A stretch of 64,000 nucleotides of DNA, taken from the NCBI GenBank assembly GCA_016748015.1, contig JAAOMT010000236.1, positions 10,157 to 74,156 on the forward strand, written 5' to 3'. Source of the stretch: Geosiphon pyriformis uo1 (taxonomy: Eukaryota > Fungi > Glomeromycota). This document shows positions 1 to 12,864 of the stretch, one piece after another. Both the position numbers and the translations under genes were made by a program. The notes below the pieces were generated by a model, which searched no databases, was not told the origin of the DNA, and saw only the letters and a program-made list of their open reading frames with translations. How positions within the stretch are numbered: the first letter of the stretch is position 1; each line of letters opens with the position of its first letter.

Positions 1-600
1 TGGGGTTTTTTAATTTGATGATAATTTTTTTAGACATTTATGTCAACAAATTAAATCTTGGTGTATGAATTTGGTAATAGATTCTGCATTTGCTCTTTGA
101 ATTGTTTTAGTTTCTGGGTATTTTGTAAAATAGTTTATGACTACTGCTATATAATGATTGTTTTTACTGATTATTATTAATAGTCTAACTAAGTTAATTC
201 TAATTCAATCAAATAGTTGTTCTATTTTAATTGGTCTTAATGATTTATTGAATTTTGTTCTTTTTTTTTTCTAATAAACATAACAATTTTAAACATATTA
301 GATAATATTTGAATATATTCATAGCCAATAATATTTTTTTTTGGTTCTTTCTATAGTTGTTTCTTTATAAAAATGTTCTACTGTTGAATCTGTATGCATA
401 TTAAACAATATTGTTTCTTTTTTTGTTCTATAATTACTTTAAGTGATTGATTTAGATCTTTTCTGTTTTTTCGATATAATATATCTTAATAAATAATAAA
501 ATATTTTGATTGTTGTTTTATGTGGTTTTGTTTTTTTTGAGATAATTTTTTATTAAATTGTTGAGTATTGATATAATATTAGAGTTGTTAATATTTTTGT
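1..600 (-). pseudogene. A0 integrase N-terminal part (zinc-binding region and start of core)
   Basis: Minus-strand translation ETILFNMHTDSTVEHFYK aligns to the A1 integrase ETILYNMHSNQTAGHFHKE...CDAC. Confidence 0.85.
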
Positions 601-747
601 GTATTTATTTTTTGTTATATTTTTGGGTTTGAAATATTTTTAGATTTGTTTTATTTGCAATAAACCATCAGTATTTTCATTTTTTTTTCCTTTTTATAAT
701 ATACAATATAATTAAATAGTAATAGTTTTATTTTTCATTTTACATGA

Positions 748-1130
748 TATTACTGGAGGTTTTTGGTCTCTTTTCTTGAATGTTATTAATGCTTATTGGT
801 TGTGAATTTACGTTTTCTGGAAGTAGTTGGATCTCTGATAACTGAATTTATCTTTAAATTATCTTTTATAATTTAAACTGCTGGGCTTATAAGTAGAATA
901 GTCAATTTCGTGCCAGTTACTTTGTGTAGTTACATTGTAGTAAACATCAACTTTTTTCCAGAAATTGTTTGTCTAGAAGCTCACTAAAATATGTAGTTAC
1001 TTTGCTGTAAAAGTCAACTTTTTTACAGGAATTTTGTCTGTAAACTATTTTAATAATTATAATAAGAAAAGTAAAAAAAAAAAAAACAAAATGTAAAAGA
1101 AATAGAATTTTGTCAAGAAAAACGTTTTCT
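748..1130 (-). repeat. Family C LTR (probable solo LTR, continues into the N-gap) inserted in the A0 RNase H region
   Basis: Starts TATTACTGGAGGTTTTTGGTC and matches 44948 onward. Host RNase H resumes at 1718, and the gap size fits a single LTR of about 970 bp. Confidence 0.85.
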
Positions 1131-1717
1131 NNNNNNNNNNNNNNNNNNNNNNNNNNNNNNNNNNNNNNNNNNNNNNNNNNNNNNNNNNNNNNNNNNNNNN
1201 NNNNNNNNNNNNNNNNNNNNNNNNNNNNNNNNNNNNNNNNNNNNNNNNNNNNNNNNNNNNNNNNNNNNNNNNNNNNNNNNNNNNNNNNNNNNNNNNNNNN
1301 NNNNNNNNNNNNNNNNNNNNNNNNNNNNNNNNNNNNNNNNNNNNNNNNNNNNNNNNNNNNNNNNNNNNNNNNNNNNNNNNNNNNNNNNNNNNNNNNNNNN
1401 NNNNNNNNNNNNNNNNNNNNNNNNNNNNNNNNNNNNNNNNNNNNNNNNNNNNNNNNNNNNNNNNNNNNNNNNNNNNNNNNNNNNNNNNNNNNNNNNNNNN
1501 NNNNNNNNNNNNNNNNNNNNNNNNNNNNNNNNNNNNNNNNNNNNNNNNNNNNNNNNNNNNNNNNNNNNNNNNNNNNNNNNNNNNNNNNNNNNNNNNNNNN
1601 NNNNNNNNNNNNNNNNNNNNNNNNNNNNNNNNNNNNNNNNNNNNNNNNNNNNNNNNNNNNNNNNNNNNNNNNNNNNNNNNNNNNNNNNNNNNNNNNNNNN
1701 NNNNNNNNNNNNNNNNN

Positions 1718-2880
1718 ATTAGTGTACACATTAAATTTTTGACTTAAATATGCTTTTCATTTTATGACAGCCTAATAGATAGCTAAGTGTTTTAATGCTA
1801 GAGTTTTATAGTTTTTCTCAGCTGGACTCAAACTTTGGCTTACATATGCCATTGGATGTTCTTGTCTATTTGATTTTTTTTAAAAACAGTATGGTTCCTA
1901 ATACTTAACCAAATACATTAATAGTAATGATAAATGGTTTGTTATGATCTGAATAAATCAGTATTAAAGCTTAAATAAGCTTTCTTCTTAATATATCAAA
2001 AGCTTTTTGTTGGGTTTTAATCTATTTATATTTAATATTTTTAATTTAGAACTAGTAAAGTGGTTAAACCAGTTTGAAGTTTTGGATAAAATGGTAATAA
2101 TATTCAACAAATCCCAAGAATGCTTTTAGTTTGTTAAGTTTGTTGGTACTAGAAAGTTTTTAATTATTTCAATTTTGTCTGGGTTTGTTTTGATGCCATT
2201 TTTGCTTATAACATATTCCAAAAACTTGAGTTTAGTTTTTCTAAAGAAGCATTTAATTATATTCAATTTTAATTTAGCTTTTTTTAATCTTTTAAATATT
2301 TGTTAAAGATGATAAAAATGATTATTAAATGTTTCTGAGAACACATTAATGTTATTTAAGTAGACTATTATTAACTTCCATAGTAATCTAGTTAAACAAT
2401 TTTTATAAGTTATTGGAAAGTGGCTGGAGTATTAATTAAGCCAAAAAACATAATATTAAATTCGAAATTTTTTTTTTTGGTGGTAAATGTGGTTTTTTGT
2501 TAGCTAGATTCATAACTACTTGCCAATATTTACTGTCCAAGTCTAATATGGAGAACTATTTTTTTCTTCCAAAAGCATCAAATAATTTTTGTATTTATGG
2601 AGTTGGATAGTTGTTTCTATAAATAATACTATTGAGTTTTTTGTAGTCTATATAAAAGTGGATCTTTCTATTTTTTTTCTGAATAAGTATTACTGGTAAT
2701 AATCATAAGCTTATTGATGATTAAATTAATCTATTGTTCAACATTCTGTTAATTTTTTATTGGATAATTTTATGGTTAGTAAATAGTATTTTATATGTTT
2801 TTTGTTTAATTGGTATTGTATTTCTAGTTTTGATTTAATACTGAATAATGTCTGTTTTGTTAAAAATTATTTTTGCTGAT
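1718..2880 (-). pseudogene. A0 reverse transcriptase / RNase H remnant
   Basis: Degenerate YLNN (YLDD), KCFFRKTKLKFLEY and YLSQKFNVYTN segments colinear with A1 19100-20230. Confidence 0.85.
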
Positions 2881-3288
2881 AAAAATGTTAGTAAAATTGT
2901 TAAGTAACATCTTGAACTATATACATTGAAATAGGTTTAAATTTTCTAAGTTCATTTGCTCTAATTGTTCTGGTTGTAGCAAATAATATTTTTTTCATTT
3001 ATATATTGCTTGTAATATAATATTCACATATTTGTATAATTATAAGAAATCTGAAATAATGATAGATACTTGATTCTCAACTTTAGTGCTTAAGTGTACA
3101 ATAATAATTCCACTTGGTATTTTTATAANNNNNNNNNNNNNNNNNNNNNNNNNNNNNNNNNNNNNNNNNNNNNNNNNNNNNNNNNNNNNNNNNNNNNNNN
3201 NNNNNNNNNNNNNNNNNNNNNNNNNNNNNNNNNNNNNNNNNNNNNNNNNNNNNNNNNNNNNNNNNNNNNNNNNNNNNNNNNNNNNNNN

Positions 3289-3550
3289 AATTATGTATCT
3301 TTTTTCTGAATTATTTTGTAGCATTACAATAATATTTTCTATATATTCTGTATCAATTATATTTCCTTTAATATTAATTCTTTTTTTTGCTTAACTAGAT
3401 CTAAAGACTAGTTAGACTATTGTTGTTGTTAGAATTTTCAGTGCTAGTTTCAGATCTATACTGGTACACAAATAAAGTTCCAATCAAATAACAGTTTTTT
3501 CTGAATATTTAAGATCAAACTCTGTATTGGTATTATGTATACATTTTAAT
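3289..3550 (-). pseudogene. A0 dUTPase domain remnant (rest lies in the gap)
   Basis: HNTNTEFDLKY...IDLKLALKI...FRSS*AKKRINIKGNIIDTEYIENII..MLQNNSEK. Confidence 0.8.
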
Positions 3551-3809
3551 ATAATACTTTTATTATTGTTACTAAACTATTTGAGTTTCTGTTCTTTTGA
3601 AAGATCTGAAAGCATGACATATTGTTCAAAGTTTTTATTGGAAATTAAATTATTGTTATTGTTATTGCCATTTTAAATAAAGTTAAAACTATTGTTGTTA
3701 TTATTATCAAAGTCTAGATTACAATTAAATTTTGATTTTAATTCTGCTGTACACTTACTAATTGGTTTTTTTTTCTTTGAAAATTAAATAGATTATATAA
3801 GGTAATGAA

Positions 3810-6800
3810 TTGTAAATAAGATTACAATTGTTACAATATTTGAAGTTACTAAGAATTAAGCAATATTTGTACAGTCTTATATTTAATTGTTCTAGTTTTT
3901 GCTTTTGCTTTTTCTTAGTCAGTATTAGGTTTTGGTAGTGCTTATGTAATTGTTTATAATATTATTAAAAACATTAAAAATTAAGACAAATTTGGGTTCT
4001 AAAAAAATTAATGAGTTATTTTTAATTTTCAGTATTTCTTTAAATAAAGTATTTTTAACTTTTACACTTGCCATTTTCCAGATTTTGTGTTTGTTGTATG
4101 AACAGCTTCTTAAATATATAAGTGTTTATTTTCAGACAACATTAATTAAAGTCTCTTTTTATATCCAATTATTGATTAAAATTATATATTAGCATGTTTT
4201 GTCATATGTTCTTCCTTATCCAGAAATATTATTCCACATTTTTTTATTGAAAAAAGTTGTTTCACATATAAAACAAGACTTATTGTCTTATTTTACTTGT
4301 TATTTGGGTTATCTAAAGTATTTAAAAATACATAGGTGACAATAATATTTGGTTGCTATTGACTATTCTTTGTTATTATTATAATATACATCTATTATTA
4401 ACAATTTTTTGCCACAATCAATGTATATTAGTTTGGATTAATAATAATTTGGTTGTTTTAGTAGTGTAATGACATACAAAGTATATATTATAATAGTGGC
4501 TTGAAATTGTTTCTCTTCTCTTTTTTTCTCTTTTTTTTTTTCAGGTCAAGATTAGTAGTAATTTGTTGTAATATTCTTTGGCTCATAAAACTTAATAAGC
4601 TTTTCAGATAGATTTTTTTTCTTCTTTCTTAAATTTTATCAATAAATACATAATAGTTGGTTTAAAATGGCCACAAGAAGCTAATATTCAAGTTTGCTGA
4701 CTATTTTAACTAAGCTATAGCTCTTGAATAGTCTAGTTAAGTACAATATTGATCTTAAATAGCCAGTCATTACCAATTAGTGCTTAGTACTATATAACTT
4801 CTATAACAAAAATCTTAATAGACATGACAATACTGTTGATTAAAAAAAAAGTTGTCAATTTCACCAATTGGAGTCTTTGTTGCTTTATCAGTAGTAATAA
4901 TTCTAGCACTGACAGCTTAATTAACTTGACAACCTAATTGGTTCATAAGTTGTTATGTAATAATACTGCTTACTGAACTATTATTAAAGATTAATTTGAT
5001 AGAATAGCCATCAACTTTGGCATCAGTATATATGGCAGTAATTGGTTTGGCATTAAGAATAACTCTACTAAACAGAGTTATTATAGCTGATTTTTCTAAA
5101 TTAAAAGGAAAGATGGCTGTAAATAATTTGTTTTTTGTAATGACTGCTAATAAAATGTTGTTCGTAAGTATTATTGGGTTGGTTTTTAAGTGGTTGGGTA
5201 AAGTGTTTTTTGTTACAACCAGAAGGCTTAAATAGTTTTGAGAATTCAGATTTTGAATATACCCACTTTCCGAATTCTTAAGATGTGATTCTAATAATTG
5301 GTTTAATAAACTGAAAATTGGTTGATACATAACCATCATCAATCTCCAATTTTGTTGAGTGTAAATAATTCTTAGTCTTAGGTTTTTGGTTGGCATTATA
5401 ATTTGGAGTGGTGCTAAAATTTGTTAAAGTTAATAAATTATTTGTGGCTATAGAACTTAATAAATTACCAGTATTAGAGTTTGATAGATTGGAAGTAAGT
5501 ATATTAGTTGTTGTGTTATTAATATGTAAGGTAATAGATATTGTCTTGATTAATAATGTATTGGCATAGTTTAGGGTTTGAAATCTGTAATCAGAGTTTT
5601 GATATTGATTTTCTAATTATTGTTTATTTTTTTTTAAGCAACAATCTGCTTTTAATTGGCTTTGTTTATTACAGTAGTAGCAATTATGTGTTTTTTGTTA
5701 TCATAGTTAATTTGATAATAATAATAGACATGACTGTTATTGGAAGCAATTAGAATTTTTTTAATTCTTATAATATTGTAGAGATTGATAAATTGCCTAA
5801 TTGTTAATTAAATATTTTTTTAACTTTTGATTGATCAAATTACTAAATTGTTTCAATTTAGTATCCAATTCAGATGATCTGTTTATTACTAGATTTACAG
5901 CTTAAGGATAATTGGTTTTAAGTTCAATCAATTCAAAATCTTTGGCATAAGTGACTGTGTTTTAGATAATATTAGACTATATTGGATGTATTTGTTACAA
6001 AAGCTACTGTATAATTCATAAATAAATTAATTCAAAATTTGTGGTACTGTAAAGTATTCAGTTTCAATTGCATAAATCTGGTGCAAATTTTGATGAAAAT
6101 ATTTTAAATATATAGTAACTGTTTCTGTGTCTCTTTGTTTAATTGTAATAAAACTAGTTAACAAATAGTTAATACTATTATTATTACTAAAATATTGTAG
6201 AAATGTGGTTTTAAACATGTTAAAGATTTGTGGCTTGTTAATAAGATTCTGATATCATAATTTGGTAATATTTTATAAAAAATAGAGAATGACTTAAAGG
6301 ACTTTAGTATTGTCCCAATTATTAAAAGTAATTGCTTTGGCTATGTTGTTAAGTCATGCTTAAGCATTGTCTTTTTTACTGGTGAATTTTTTAAGTTTGA
6401 AAATAAATACAAATATCATTGGTAGAAGGTGTTGTTATTGTTGTTATGATTGTTGTAGAGTGGCAATTGGTGTAATTAGTAGTTGATTGATCGAATTTAT
6501 CAAAAGTAAATTTTGTGAGATAATAAGAGCTGGGTTTAAATTGTTTAAGTTTTGCTGAGTTAGAACAATTGGAATTTGAACTTTCAGATTATTGGAGATT
6601 AGATTTTGACTATTATTTCTCTGATTACTGTGTTTTTTTTCTGATTTAATATCTTTTTATTGACTAGTAAATTCGAAATTTGTTTAAAATGACAAAGATT
6701 AAAATTTTAATAGTGTTGTTGATTGCAATTTAAATCTTTTAAAGAAATCACTATAGATTTCTAATAACTTGGTTTTTTTTTGCTAATTTTAGAACAGTAT

Positions 6801-7290
6801 TTTAAGTAATAATGTTTTTGATATTACTGTAATATGGGTCTTGATAATATGTAGATAATACTTCTTAATATATAATAATATGACAGGTAAATAAGTAAAA
6901 TTATTTTTGGTTTTTTCTATATAAGCAGTTGTATTTTTTTGGTGTTTCTGTTGGTGTTTGTAATTTTTTTTTGTTGTCTGTAAAGATAATAGAAAATTTC
7001 TGTCAGATGTGATTCTTAATTTTTCTGTTGATTTCTGTAATTAGTGGAGTAAACAAATAATTTTATAAAAGTGTGGTGTTTTGAAGTAATTTATTATAGA
7101 ATTTATTAAAGGCTGCTTCTAGATTTTCTTGGTCTTTTAAGTAGAATTTAATCTTTTTGTTAATGTAGAAATTGAAAGCTAATTCTGCTGGCCAATGGCT
7201 ACTTGTTAATTTAAGGTAAGTTTGATAGTATTAGAATAAAGCTTTAGCAAATTTCAAGTGGTTTGTTCCTATTTTTTTTGATTCTGCCAT
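3810..7290 (-). pseudogene. A0 gag, protease and Cys-rich module remnant
   Basis: ORF-track fragments 6027-6218 and 4953-5396 (QNYLSLLV...AIYTDAKVDGYSIKLIF) are homologous to A1/E. Confidence 0.8.
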
Positions 7291-7335
7291 TGTTCCAGAT
7301 AATTGTTGTTGGTGCTAGTTTTCTGCTGAATTATA

Positions 7336-7352
7336 TTTCACAAGAAGCACCA
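7336..7352 (-). promoter_or_regulatory. Primer-binding site of A0
   Basis: TGGTGCTTCTTGTGAAA lies 2 nt after the LTR end and is complementary to a tRNA 3' end (...GCACCA). Confidence 0.8.
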
Positions 7353-7354
7353 AA

Positions 7355-8277
7355 TATTATAGATAATTATTTGGGGTGTTGGAACAAATAACAAACTTAT
7401 AACTTGATACTTAATAGTTGTGAATATTAATATTTTTTAAAGGTTTTGGTTAAGTCTTTTGTATAATAAACAGAGATTTAATTAATGTTTTATACCTTTT
7501 TGGAAGCTATATTCTGTGAATTTTTTTCTTTAACATAATAGCCAGTTTATTTTGACAGTTGTGTTTTTTTGGTAAGTTATCCTTAAATTTCTACTCTTAT
7601 TTTTGGGTTTTTTACTAAGCTATTCTTAATATCAAATACTCATCACTTAATCTTTTTAATCAATTAATAAACAATAAAAAAATAAAACAAACAAAAATAA
7701 AATAAAAATAAAAGAAAATAAGAAAAAAAAATAAAAAATTAGTATCTTATCAATAGTAATAATCAAGAACTATTGGTTTAGTATGGTTGGGTATTAGATA
7801 CTATTAATATAAAGTGTTGATAAAATAGAATTGATTAATATTCTTAATTAAATAATGATAATATGGATTTAAATATTAAGTAGATATTTTATTAATATTA
7901 ATATAATTCTATTTTAAGTTATAGAAAACTATTTTTTAAAAAAAAGATATTGAAGATTTAAAATTTTGTCTTTTTTTTTGTTTTTAATACTCTTACTATA
8001 TATACATAATTTTTGTTATATAAGATTACATATTTTTTAAGCAGTATGTTTTAATTTTTTTGATAGTGTGTATATTGCTGAACAATATGCTATGATTTTC
8101 TAATAATGTGCTTATTGCTAAGCAATATGCTATAATTTACTAACAATATACATATTGCTAAGCAATATGTTATAATTTTCTAACATTGTGCTTACTTATT
8201 AAGTACTATTCTCCTATTGGTCTATTATTTTATCTGTTTTTTTACTTTTTTTCTTATACTCTTTTCTATAAGTAACA
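7355..8277 (-). repeat. 5' LTR of A0 (family A R/U5, variant U3)
   Basis: Minus strand begins TGTTAC and ends ...CCCCAAATAATTATCTATAATA. It has the TATA motif ATGTATATATAG, and R/U5 are homologous to the other family A LTRs. Confidence 0.85.
8039..8195. repeat. About 4 x 40-bp tandem repeat in A0 U3
   Basis: Unit approximately AAGCAATATGCTATAATTTTCTAACAATGTGCATATTGCT, starting at 8039, 8080, 8120 and 8160. Confidence 0.85.
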
Positions 8278-9989
8278 ATAGCTGTTTTACTAAGATGTGT
8301 ACTTCTACTTATTGAACAAACCAAACAAAACTAATTAGTATAAGTTCAAGAATATTCTAATTATAATTAATGTAAAATAGTATTTTTAAATAAAAAAACT
8401 TTACAAATATTTCGAAATACTTGCTTGGCTTGGTTTCATTCAAGTAAACTTATTGTACTAGTAGTAAAACATCTATTTAAACTTTATATATAAGAAGCAA
8501 TTTGTACATATAGAAAAGTTGAAATATAAAATTTTCAATAAAAATTTATATNNNNNNNNNNNNNNNNNNNNNNNNNNNNNNNNNNNNNNNNNNNNNNNNN
8601 NNNNNNNNNNNNNNNNNNNNNNNNNNNNNNNNNNNNNNNNNNNNNNNNNNNNNNNNNNNNNNNNNNNNNNNNNNNNNNNNNNNNNNNNNNNNNNNNNNNN
8701 NNNNNNNNNNNNNNNNNNNNNNNNNNNNNNNNNNNNNNNNNNNNNNNNNNNNNNNNNNNNNNNNNNNNNNNNNNNNNNNNNNNNNNNNNNNNNNNNNNNN
8801 NNNNNNNNNNNNNNNNNNNNNNNNNNNNNNNNNNNNNNNNNNNNNNNNNNNNNNNNNNNNNNNNNNNNNNNNNNNNNNNNNNNNNNNNNNNNNNNNNNNN
8901 NNNNNNNNNNNNNNNNNNNNNNNNNNNNNNNNNNNNATAGTAGAAGAAGAATAGAATAATCTGTCTAATAAAACTATTTTTAACTGTATTATTAATATGC
9001 GAAATCGAATTCAAGATTGTATTAGTGTAAAAGAAAGACATAGTAAATATTAATTTTTTGTATATATATTCTTTATTTATATATCTATTTAATATTAAAA
9101 TTTAAACAGAAATTATTATGTATAAAAAAAATAAAAATAAAAAAATACTTTGCTATTACTTTTTGGGAGAACTGTATATAGATTGCAATATCTTAAAAGC
9201 TCTTTAATTATATAATAAATTATTAATAGTTATTTATATATTTTTTCTCTATTAATAAATTTTATACTTTAATTAACAATAATTATTATTTCGTATTTTT
9301 GCATAATTTATTAATTATCATATTTATAACTTTTTTATTGAGAATAAAATCTATTTTCAATTTTGTTCTTGGTTTAAGTTTTTTTAGTTTATTAAATAAA
9401 GATTTTATATTATAACAATTACTGTTAAAGATTTAAAAATAATTTTAATTTAATCAAAAAATTAACCAAATAACATTATATAAAAAATTTCTTTTCAATT
9501 GAGTTTTTTTTAAAAAACATCACAAAACTTGATATATTTTGTTAATATTATTTAGTATTAATCAGCCAATATTTTTGGAGTTTGAGTTTTTTAAAAATTT
9601 ATTTATTAAGTATGGATGTATATTATTTTTTACAAATTTATAATTTTTTGGAAACACTTTTAAAAATTAAATAAAGTTTGATTTTTTTACAAATATTTCT
9701 TTCTGAATACAATTTAATAAATATTGTTTTTTTAAAAATTATAAATACATAATAGTCTAAGTTATTAATAATTAATTAATTTTTTTCATAGTTATATCGT
9801 TAATTTTAAGATTGTATTGATATTTTAGTAATTGATTTTTTTTCAACATTAAAATTTATAATCAAATTTATTGAAATAAAGTATTTAATAAGTTAATTAT
9901 TTGTTTTCAAATCTTGTTTTGTATAAAGTTATAATTCTGAATTTAAACAACCAATATGACAATTTTTGANNNNNNNNNNNNNNNNNNNN

Positions 9990-10714
9990 GTTACAATAAT
10001 CAGTTTTACCTCCTGTCACAAAATAATTCTCGTCTACTAATTTTCTTTGTTGCTCTGCTAATTTCGTATTTTGTTGTAATAATTTCTCTCCAACTTAGCC
10101 TTAACTAGATGATGTTCTTTGTACTTTTTTAGTAAATCTTTCACTTCTTCCTTGCGAGCATTATACTGTAAGCCGTTCCGAAAATGTTGGCACTTGTCAC
10201 ATAAATCCGTTCTTGGAATCATGATTTGAATATAAGGCGTTAATTGGTGTCATAACTTGCGAAACGCATCATATTTTAACAATTTCAATGTGCTATCGTA
10301 TTCAAGACCTGCAATAAAATCCCGATAAACTGATTTGTAACTCATTTCAGCTGGCAAAAGTGTAAGCGATTGAGTAATTCAATTGACATTTCTATCAGGA
10401 CTTGGTAGTCTATGAATTTCAGCATAGTTTTCGAGAAAATTCTTCACGGAGATAGCAACGGTTATATCAACGGTTATTTTGGTTTTCCATCGCGGCACTC
10501 GTTTGATATTACCATGAACACGCGGTATTATACCATTCGTTGCTAGATGATTTCTGACGTTTTCCAAATGAGTGCGGTCAATTCCTAACATATTGAGATA
10601 CGCTTTCTGGCAGAGAGGCGTATTGCGATTTCAATAATAAAAAGTTCTCTTATTAATACGCGTTTTCTTTTAAGACGTCGACTGGCAGTTATTTCTCCAC
10701 CATTCATTGCTTTC
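9990..10714 (-). pseudogene. DNA-transposon transposase fragment, Sola2-like
   Basis: Translation LCQKAYLNMLGI..PRVHGNIKRVP..FLENYAEIHRLPSP..LLPAEMSYKSVY..FRKL*HQLTPYIQIMIPRTDLCDKC is a motif series I recognise from Sola2-type transposases. It has in-frame stops and no termini are visible. Confidence 0.6.
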
Positions 10715-11750
10715 TGCATAGTTTTGCTCTGCCGTACTGAGACTTCTACTGGCATAAGCAATTACACATTCTCTTCTATTATCATTTTTTTGTGACAGAA
10801 TGGCTCCAAGTCCAGTTCCAGAGGCATCTGTGGCCAAAATGAATTTCTTATTGAAATTCAGATAGATTATTATTGGTAATTTAATGAGGTTTTGTTTAAG
10901 GTACTCAAAAGCTTTTTGTTGTGCTTTAGTCTATTTAAATTTCACATTTTTGGATAGTAGGTAATTAAGAGGTTTGGCAATGTTTGAAAAGTTTTCTACA
11001 AAGCAGCAGTAGTAAGATGCGAGTTCTAAAAAGCTTCTAACTTCTGAAATGTTTCGAGATACTGGAAAATTTTTCACTTTGTCTATTTTTGATAGATCTG
11101 GTTTTATTCCATCTTTTCTAACTACATATTCTAAAAATGCTAGCTCATTTTTCCCAAAGAAACATTTTTCTAGATTTAGTTTAAGTCCAGTGTGTCTCAA
11201 TCTCTCAAAAACTTGTTGCAAATATTGGAGATGATCCGTGAATTTTGACAAGAAAACATTTGTATCATCCAAGTAGACAACAATGGATTGCCACAGGATT
11301 CTGAAGTAAATTATGTCTATTAGTTTTTGGAATGTTGCAGGAGCGTTTGTCAATTCAAATGGCATTACATTAAACTCATAATTGCTATTTTGTGTTGTGA
11401 ATGCTGTTTTATGTCTGTTCTTTGGGTCTATTTCCACTTGCCAGTACCCACTGGTCAAGTCAAGTATAGAAAACCATTTTGCTTTTCCAAAAATGTCAAA
11501 GATTTTGTCAATTAACAGTATTGAGTATAAGTCTTTGGTTGTTTTGCTGTTTAATTTGTGATAGTCAATGCAAAATCTAATTTTTCTGTTCTTTTTTCTT
11601 ACTAAAACAACTGGTAAGAACCATAGGCTCATTAATGGTTGGATTATTCCTTTTTCCAACATGCTTTGGACTTCTTCTCTGATAAAATTATGCTTCATTG
11701 GTAGAACATAGTAAGTGCATTGTTTTTCAGGTCTGGCATCTCCAGTAGGG
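10715..11750 (-). pseudogene. B reverse transcriptase and N-terminal RNase H
   Basis: ORF 10931-11698 contains IRFCIDY, LDLTSGYWQV, KTAFTT, MPFELTNAPATFQ and VVYLDDT, followed by ILATDASGTGLGAILSQ. Confidence 0.95.
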
Positions 11751-12304
11751 ATTTGGTGTTAAACCAAGTTGGTTCTTCCAAATTTACCATTTTGTGAAAA
11801 TATATCAAAGTATTTTAAAATTAATGCTTTTAATTGTCACTGTTGGTCAGGATCCATTGTTCCAATGTTTAATTTGGCCAATTCTTCTGGCATAAATTGA
11901 TAGCATTCCAATGGTTGCTACCAATTTATTGAAGTAAATTCACAATAGAAAGCGATTTCTGGGAAATTTAGAATTTTTTGTGGTGTTGACACGTTTTCTA
12001 GCTCCATTCCAAGGTATCCAATAATGGTATCTTCCAGAATGTAGACGGGTTCTTCTGTGGTGTTTGCAATAGGAATTTTTATCCATTAAGCTTTATCAGC
12101 TGGAATAAAAAGATTAATAAGTCCTATGAGAAACTGTTGGCAAGTTTTTGGGTAGGGCTCAAATATTAGGTCTTTTTCTTTAATTGTTCTTTTTATTTTT
12201 ATTTCTGATTTTCCATATGATAAGAGCATGATAGACCACTCAGTTTTAATTACCTTGCCTTTTTCCTCTATTATTTCAGTGAAATTTGCTTCAATTTTTT
12301 TTTT

Positions 12305-12690
12305 TGTCGATTCAAAATCAAAAGTTCCTCTTATTGTTTGTAACAATTCCTCATGATTTTCCACTGACACAAATTTCCCAATTTTTACCAATGATAGAAA
12401 AATTGCTTGTGCAATTTTTTCCTTAGATTCAATAGTATAAGGCTTTTCTAAATTGTTCTGTAGCAAAACCATCAAATTTCTAGTGTATTTGGAGTCAATT
12501 ACTCTTCCTTAAACACTTATTCTTTTTTTCGCGAGGCTTGATTACGATGCTATTTGAATTATTATTCCTAGTGGAATTTCAACTACTATTTTCAGGTTGA
12601 TTTTGGTGATGCTTCTGAATGGTAATGTTATGAATTTGTCTTCCAAATAATGTAGATCGAATCCAGTATTAGTTGGATGGGCTCTTTCAG
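12305..12690 (-). pseudogene. B dUTPase domain
   Basis: RAHPTNTGFDL / IAS*SSLAKK / GRVIDSKY / EKIAQAIF / RGTFDFEST correspond to dUTPase motifs 1-5 with transitions. Confidence 0.88.
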
Positions 12691-12864
12691 ATATTATTTT
12701 TAAGTGCCCATTGTCAAAGTATTGAATGTCAATCACCTGTTCTAAGTCAGTATAGGCTACAAATTTTTCTGACTCAGGACCATCAGGTGAGTCTTGTTGA
12801 TTTATTGATTGATTTTGAGACTGCTGATTCTCAATTTCCATTTTTTTTTCTAAGTTCCTTTCGT

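Larger units (their letters stand above)
1..8277 (-). mobile_element. Ty3/Gypsy LTR retrotransposon copy A0 (family A, heavily degenerate, 3' end runs off the window)
   Basis: Minus-strand order is LTR (7355-8277), PBS, gag (FLQYFSNNNSIN), protease (IKLIFNNSSVSSII), Cys module, dUTPase, RT, RNase H, integrase N-terminus. It is colinear with copies A1/E/F and has many stops. Confidence 0.93.

Noticed and set aside
947-1742. Long ORFs in the track at 947-1742, 3040-3394 and 8519-9041
   Set aside because: They are artefacts of translating through N-gaps.
8937-9969. Extremely AT-rich stretch (likewise 63375-64000)
   Set aside because: It is probably terminally decayed repeat DNA, but no motif or homology could be supported from the sequence.
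11049-11515. Numerous short antisense ORFs over pol (also 19632, 35487, 55204, 58503 and others)
   Set aside because: They are shadow frames of RT/PR coding sequence and recur only because the elements are repeated.
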